A stretch of DNA of 64,000 bases from Cenarchaeum sp. GTDB taxonomy: Archaea; Thermoproteota; Nitrososphaeria; Nitrososphaerales; Nitrosopumilaceae. Location of the stretch: NCBI GenBank assembly GCA_963692915.1, contig OY843584.1, forward strand, positions 800,001 through 864,000, given 5' to 3'. Numbering within the stretch: the first letter of the stretch is position 1; each line of letters opens with the position of its first letter. Below the pieces are notes generated by a model. That model had not been told where the DNA came from, ran no database searches, and saw only the letters and a program-made list of their open reading frames with translations. This document shows positions 59,712-64,000 of the stretch, one piece after another. The position numbers and the translations under genes were made by a program.

Positions 59712-61598
59712 CTACATGCGGCCAGGAAGCGGGATTCCGAGGTGGGCCGCGACGCCCTCGAGTGTGACCCTGAACGAGGTGACCAGCTCGACTCGTGCGG
59801 CCGTAGCTCCGCTGCCCCCGTCCCCGCCGGCAACCCTGACATGCTCATAGAACGAGTTGAACGTGACGGCGAGATCGTGGGCGTATCGCGCAAGAACCTT
59901 GGGTGAGAGGCCAGCAGCCGCACCGCGCAGTGCGACCCCAAGCGAGCCTATCGCCATGACGAGGGCGCGCTCGTGGGAGCCTGCGAGTGCCCCATAGTCT
60001 GCCTTGCCGTGGTCGATCCCCGCCTTTTCAAGCACGCGGATCGCGCGCGCGTGGGAGTACTGGAGGTATGCGGCCGTGTCGCCATCGAGGCTGAGCGAGC
60101 GCGCAAGATCAAACGTGATGGCCCTGTCGAGATCCTGCCGGACCATCTCATAACGGATTGCGCCGACGGCGATCTGCTCGGCGATCGTGCGCACCTCGGC
60201 AGCATCCATCCCCTCGTTGCGCCCAGAGGTCTCGGCCATTGCGCGCTCGAGGAGCGAGTCGAGGACAGAGTCAGCGCCCACATAGAGTCCCCTCCTGCCA
60301 GACATCTGGACGCTCTTGCCCCCCGTGGCCAGGCCAATGCCCTGTGCGGTCTCGGCGCTCAGAGTGACTGACTCGTATGCGAGGTGCACGTATGCGCCCT
60401 CGGCGATGCCAAAAAAGCGGCGCAGGAGCGACTCGATGATCGCCTGGAGGCGCGACTGGCGCGAGTCTATGACCGTTATGACGCGCCCTGCTGACAGGTC
60501 GTGCGCCCTGCCGCCCGAGCCGCGCAGTGCCGTGCAGAGCAGCGCACGATCAGGCTGATCCTGCGCATACGCGACGTACTCAAAGGGGTCATCGACGAGG
60601 CCCAGCTTCCATGCGGCATACGGTATGTCCTTGGCCATGTACGTTGCCGTCCCGCCGCTCCTGACGAGAACCTTGTCATCATCGTCCTCGCCTGCCCCCG
60701 GAACCGTCCAGCATCCGGCGTTCTTGCCGTCTGTCTCGAGGCGAACCGTGCCCGCATCCTTGAGGCGCGCAAATATCTCGTCCCACATGCCAGAGCGCAG
60801 TATGTGCGACTCAAAGTTGAGGCAGTCATACCGTGCTCCCACACGCCAGCACGTCTGAAGCTGCGAGTCGAGGATCATGCGCGTCAGCCTGTCGGCAAGT
60901 CGAGCCTCCTCGGTTCCGTCACGCTCCATTGCTGTCAGTATTGCCCCTGCCTCCCGCTTTAGACCCTCATCCTCCTCTATGCGAGCCATTGCGCCCACAT
61001 ATACCGTGTCGCCACAGTACGCGTCAAACTTTTGACCCTCCGGTGGCGACTCGTCAAAGCCAAGGCGCGTGAATCCCAGTATGAGGTTTGCCACCTGCAG
61101 GCCAGAGTCATCCACATAGTTGAGCGTGTGCACGTCATGGTTTGTTGCTGCAAGTATGCGCGCCACGGTGTCTCCCACGATGACGTTGCGCAGGTGCCCT
61201 ATGTGGAGAGCCTTGTTTGGGTTTACGCTTGTGTGCTCGACGGTGACGCGTTCCCCGTGGCCAATGTCGGCCCTGCAGTACGTCGCCTGCTGTGATGCGG
61301 TGATCGTCTCGGTGGCCAGTGCTGCAGCATCGGCAAAAAAGTTGACGTGACCAGAGGCGTGAGCCTCAACTCTCCCAACGAGTCGGCGCGGTTTGCACAA
61401 GCGCGCAATGTCTGTGGCAATCTCGCGCGGCGCGCGATGCGCAGAGCGCGCAAGTAGGAATGCCACGTTGGAGGAGACGTCGCCAAACCCTGGCCTAGCC
61501 GAGGGCTCGACGCCATAGTCGAGCCCGTCGAGGCCGAGCGCGCCCATGGCCGAGTCGACCATTGCGCGAGCCTCAGAGACGAGCGCATCAAGGGTCAT
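59712..61598 (-). CDS. argS: arginyl-tRNA synthetase
   Basis: EHTSVNPNKALHIGH, MSGR.G, YLQYSHAR, RM C-terminus. Confidence 0.95.
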   Translation of the reverse strand: MTLDALVSEARAMVDSAMGALGLDGLDYGVEPSARPGFGDVSSNVAFLLARSAHRAPREIATDIARLCKPRRLVGRVEAHASGHVNFFADAAALATETITASQQATYCRADIGHGERVTVEHTSVNPNKALHIGHLRNVIVGDTVARILAATNHDVHTLNYVDDSGLQVANLILGFTRLGFDESPPEGQKFDAYCGDTVYVGAMARIEEDEGLKREAGAILTAMERDGTEEARLADRLTRMILDSQLQTCWRVGARYDCLNFESHILRSGMWDEIFARLKDAGTVRLETDGKNAGCWTVPGAGEDDDDKVLVRSGGTATYMAKDIPYAAWKLGLVDDPFEYVAYAQDQPDRALLCTALRGSGGRAHDLSAGRVITVIDSRQSRLQAIIESLLRRFFGIAEGAYVHLAYESVTLSAETAQGIGLATGGKSVQMSGRRGLYVGADSVLDSLLERAMAETSGRNEGMDAAEVRTIAEQIAVGAIRYEMVRQDLDRAITFDLARSLSLDGDTAAYLQYSHARAIRVLEKAGIDHGKADYGALAGSHERALVMAIGSLGVALRGAAAGLSPKVLARYAHDLAVTFNSFYEHVRVAGGDGGSGATAARVELVTSFRVTLEGVAAHLGIPLPGRM

Positions 61599-61717
61599 GC
61601 GAGCCTGCCCCGCGACCCGCGTGGCCGTGTCCTGCCATACCCACATGATCTCCGCAATGCCTGTCGCGCGCGGCGCGCACGGCAACAATATTAAGAATAG
61701 CCCCACGCGCGCGCCGT

Positions 61718-62824
61718 GTGGGAATCCCCGAAAAGATCAAGGCCATACAGGACGAGATGGCACGCACGCAGATCAACAAGGCCACCGAGCACCACCTTGG
61801 CCTCCTGCGCGCAAAGATAGCGAGGCTCAAGCGCGAGCAGGAGGACTCGGCATCTGGCGGGGCCCAGGATTCTGAGGGCTTTGACGTAAGGCGCACGGGG
61901 GACGCGACAGTCGTCTTTATCGGCCTTCCAAGCGTCGGCAAGTCGACGCTGCTCAACGCGCTCACCGGCGCCAAGTCAACAGTTGGCGCATTCCAGTTCA
62001 CGACACTCACTGTAGTTCCCGGAATGATGGAGTACAAGGGTGCGCGCATACAGGTTCTTGACCTGCCCGGAATAATAAAGGGCGCATCAACAGGGCGCGG
62101 CATGGGAAAACGAATGCTCGCCGTTGCCAGAAATGCCGACCTTGTGCTGCTTGTGCTCGACGTGTTCCAGCCATACCATGAGGATGTCCTAGTCAACGAG
62201 CTTGGAAACGTTGGCATTCGCCTAAACCAGGATCCGCCAAACATAACTATTGAAAAGACGCACAGTGGCGGGATAGCCATTGCGCAGCAGGTTCACCTCA
62301 CAAAGACGACGGAGCGTCTCCTTACTGACGTCCTGCACGTGTATGGCATCAACAGTGCGCGCGTCGTCATAAGGGAGGACGTGACCTCAGACCAGATCAT
62401 AGACCGCATATCAGGCAACAGGACGTACGCCAAGGCCCTCACCATCGTCAACAAGATAGACCTCGTCGACGCGGATTTCCTTGATGCCATGCGAAAAAAG
62501 GTAAAGGCCGGACACCTCGAGGTCTCAGCAGACACTGGAGCCGGAGTCGAGGAGCTCAAGGATCGCATATACGCCGAGCTCAGGTTCATACGCATCTACA
62601 TGAGGCCAAAGGGCGGCAAGGCCGACTATGTAGAACCGCTCATAATGAGGGAGGGCGACACGGTTGGTGACGTGTGCGACAAGCTCCACCGGACGATGAG
62701 GCGCAAGTTCCGCTATGCGATGATCTGGGGCAGCAGCGTAAAGTTTGGCGGCCAGCGCATAGGCATAGAGCACAAGCTCCATGACGAGGACGTCCTGACC
62801 ATAATCAAGGCACAATGGGCGTGA
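61718..62824 (+). CDS. DRG/Rbg-family OBG GTPase with TGS domain
   Basis: NKATEHH, GLPSVGKS, FTT, DLPG, NKID. Confidence 0.93.
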   Translation: MGIPEKIKAIQDEMARTQINKATEHHLGLLRAKIARLKREQEDSASGGAQDSEGFDVRRTGDATVVFIGLPSVGKSTLLNALTGAKSTVGAFQFTTLTVVPGMMEYKGARIQVLDLPGIIKGASTGRGMGKRMLAVARNADLVLLVLDVFQPYHEDVLVNELGNVGIRLNQDPPNITIEKTHSGGIAIAQQVHLTKTTERLLTDVLHVYGINSARVVIREDVTSDQIIDRISGNRTYAKALTIVNKIDLVDADFLDAMRKKVKAGHLEVSADTGAGVEELKDRIYAELRFIRIYMRPKGGKADYVEPLIMREGDTVGDVCDKLHRTMRRKFRYAMIWGSSVKFGGQRIGIEHKLHDEDVLTIIKAQWA

Positions 62825-63002
62825 TTCTGTCGACCCACGTGCACAAACACGCGTAAAATGCGCCATTTTGGGCGCCAATTTGCGCAGTGAACGTGGTCAC
62901 AGTGCTGCGATCTTGTGCCAAATTTCGTTTACTATTTGTTATCAAATTGTGTAATAATGTTTAGTATTGCTTTAGAAAAACTATGAGTTGCTCGCAGATG
63001 TA

Positions 63003-63425
63003 ATGGCTACCAAGAGAAAAGCAGTCTCTAGGAAACGCACCTCAACGAAGAGAAGGACTACTAGGAAGACGACAAGGAAGACAACTAGGAAAACGACTAG
63101 GAAGACAACTAGGAAAACGACAAGAAAGACGACAAGAAGGAAGACCACGACGAAGAGGACCGCTACCAAGAGGCGTACAACACGACGCAAGACAGCTGCA
63201 AAGGCAAAGCCCACAAGGAGGCGCAGACGAAAGTCGGCAACTTCGGCAAAGCCCAAGCGCACAGTCAGGAGGCGCAGACGAAAGTCGGCAACTTCGGCAA
63301 AGCCCAAGCGCACGGTGAAGAGGCGTAGACGAAAGTCAACGACCGCAAAGCCCGCAACGCGCAGGCGTCGTCGTACGACCAAGACTGCTGCAGCCCCAAA
63401 GAAACGCAGGCGAAGACGCGCATAG
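63003..63425 (+). CDS. extremely basic Arg/Thr/Lys-rich protamine/H1-like protein
   Basis: (TTRK)n and RRRRRKSATSAKPK repeats with synonymous codon variation; AT-rich upstream region and downstream terminator. Confidence 0.75.
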   Translation: MATKRKAVSRKRTSTKRRTTRKTTRKTTRKTTRKTTRKTTRKTTRRKTTTKRTATKRRTTRRKTAAKAKPTRRRRRKSATSAKPKRTVRRRRRKSATSAKPKRTVKRRRRKSTTAKPATRRRRRTTKTAAAPKKRRRRRA

Positions 63426-63445
63426 CCGTCATCACCTAAATCAGG

Positions 63446-63467
63446 GTCGCCTTTGGCGACTTTTTTT
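63446..63467 (+). terminator. hairpin + U-tract terminator
   Basis: gtcgcc-ttt-ggcgac followed by T7. Confidence 0.7.
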
Positions 63468-63516
63468 CCAATTATTTTAGATTCAATCCCCTATAGGGTC
63501 TGCCCAGAATATCTGC

Positions 63517-63810
63517 CTACTTGAACATCTGTCTTGGTGGAGGCGGAGACTCGACCTTGCCCTTTATGTTGCCCCTTGGAACGGTGAACGTTCTCTCGGC
63601 CGGAAGGACGGATATCTTTACTGACGTGTTTATCGCATAGTGTGGAGTCCCGTCAGGGTTTGTGTAGTTGGTTGCCTTGCCGACCCTGTCGAGATCTACT
63701 TTTACCTTTACAACCGTGTCATCCTCAAGCTTGAAGGACATGTACTCGTTCTCGAGGCGCGCATGGTCCAGCATGCGAAACTCGACCTTGTCGTCAGGAG
63801 GCATCAACAC
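63517..63810 (-). CDS. conserved hypothetical protein
   Basis: F.LED.T.VKVKV...RV.....NPDGTP.Y pattern. Confidence 0.65.
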   Translation of the reverse strand: MLMPPDDKVEFRMLDHARLENEYMSFKLEDDTVVKVKVDLDRVGKATNYTNPDGTPHYAINTSVKISVLPAERTFTVPRGNIKGKVESPPPPRQMFK

Positions 63811-63885
63811 GCGTGGCGGGGCTCGAGCTATTTCAACATAACGGCCTGCGCGCGCACTTTGAGCCAGGCAGAATCCACACGTACG

Positions 63886-64000
63886 CTAGTACAGGTAGCT
63901 CATGAGGCGGATCTGCTCCTCGGTCGTGATTATGTCCTTTGCCTTTAGGGTGTCGAGGAGATCCTTAAAGATCGCCTTTTGATCCTCTGACATTGCACCA
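63886..64000 (-). CDS. hypothetical protein, small or 5'-truncated by the window edge
   Basis: MSEDQKAIFKDLLDTLKAKDIITTEEQIRLMSYLY*. Confidence 0.5.
   Translation of the reverse strand, partial: GAMSEDQKAIFKDLLDTLKAKDIITTEEQIRLMSYLY

Overview
This is a GC-rich archaeal chromosome segment. The gene set (rps24e/rps27ae, proteasome beta, cofE, thi4, fused ahbAB, parvulin, split MCM cobalamin subunit, sdhACDB, trpEGDCBA) is typical of Nitrososphaerota/Nitrosopumilaceae, possibly a Cenarchaeum-like symbiont; the lineage is an inference. Most of the window is housekeeping, with accessory patches. The main one is a ~14 kb defence island (~41.5-55.5 kb) that begins at an IS5-family remnant. It encodes an Ssp-type DNA phosphorothioation core (PAPS reductase, cysteine desulfurase, DUF4007, large ATPase) with no recognisable SspE/SspFGH or PglZ. 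Instead, an AT-rich SF2 helicase + MORC/GHKL ATPase pair sits inside the operon, and a PLD-family nuclease is transcribed divergently. An (AG)12 tract frameshifts the PAPS reductase just before its C-terminal CxxCH tail, which may be a phase-variation switch. Other accessory features are two tandem pairs of SocA/Panacea(YwgA)-like genes with duplicated promoters and variable downstream membrane genes, a duplicated 34-aa peptide + membrane protein unit, a protamine-like Arg/Thr/Lys protein, a 16-bp tandem repeat and several small ORFs missing from the ORF track. All family assignments come from motif recognition by eye; no searches were run.
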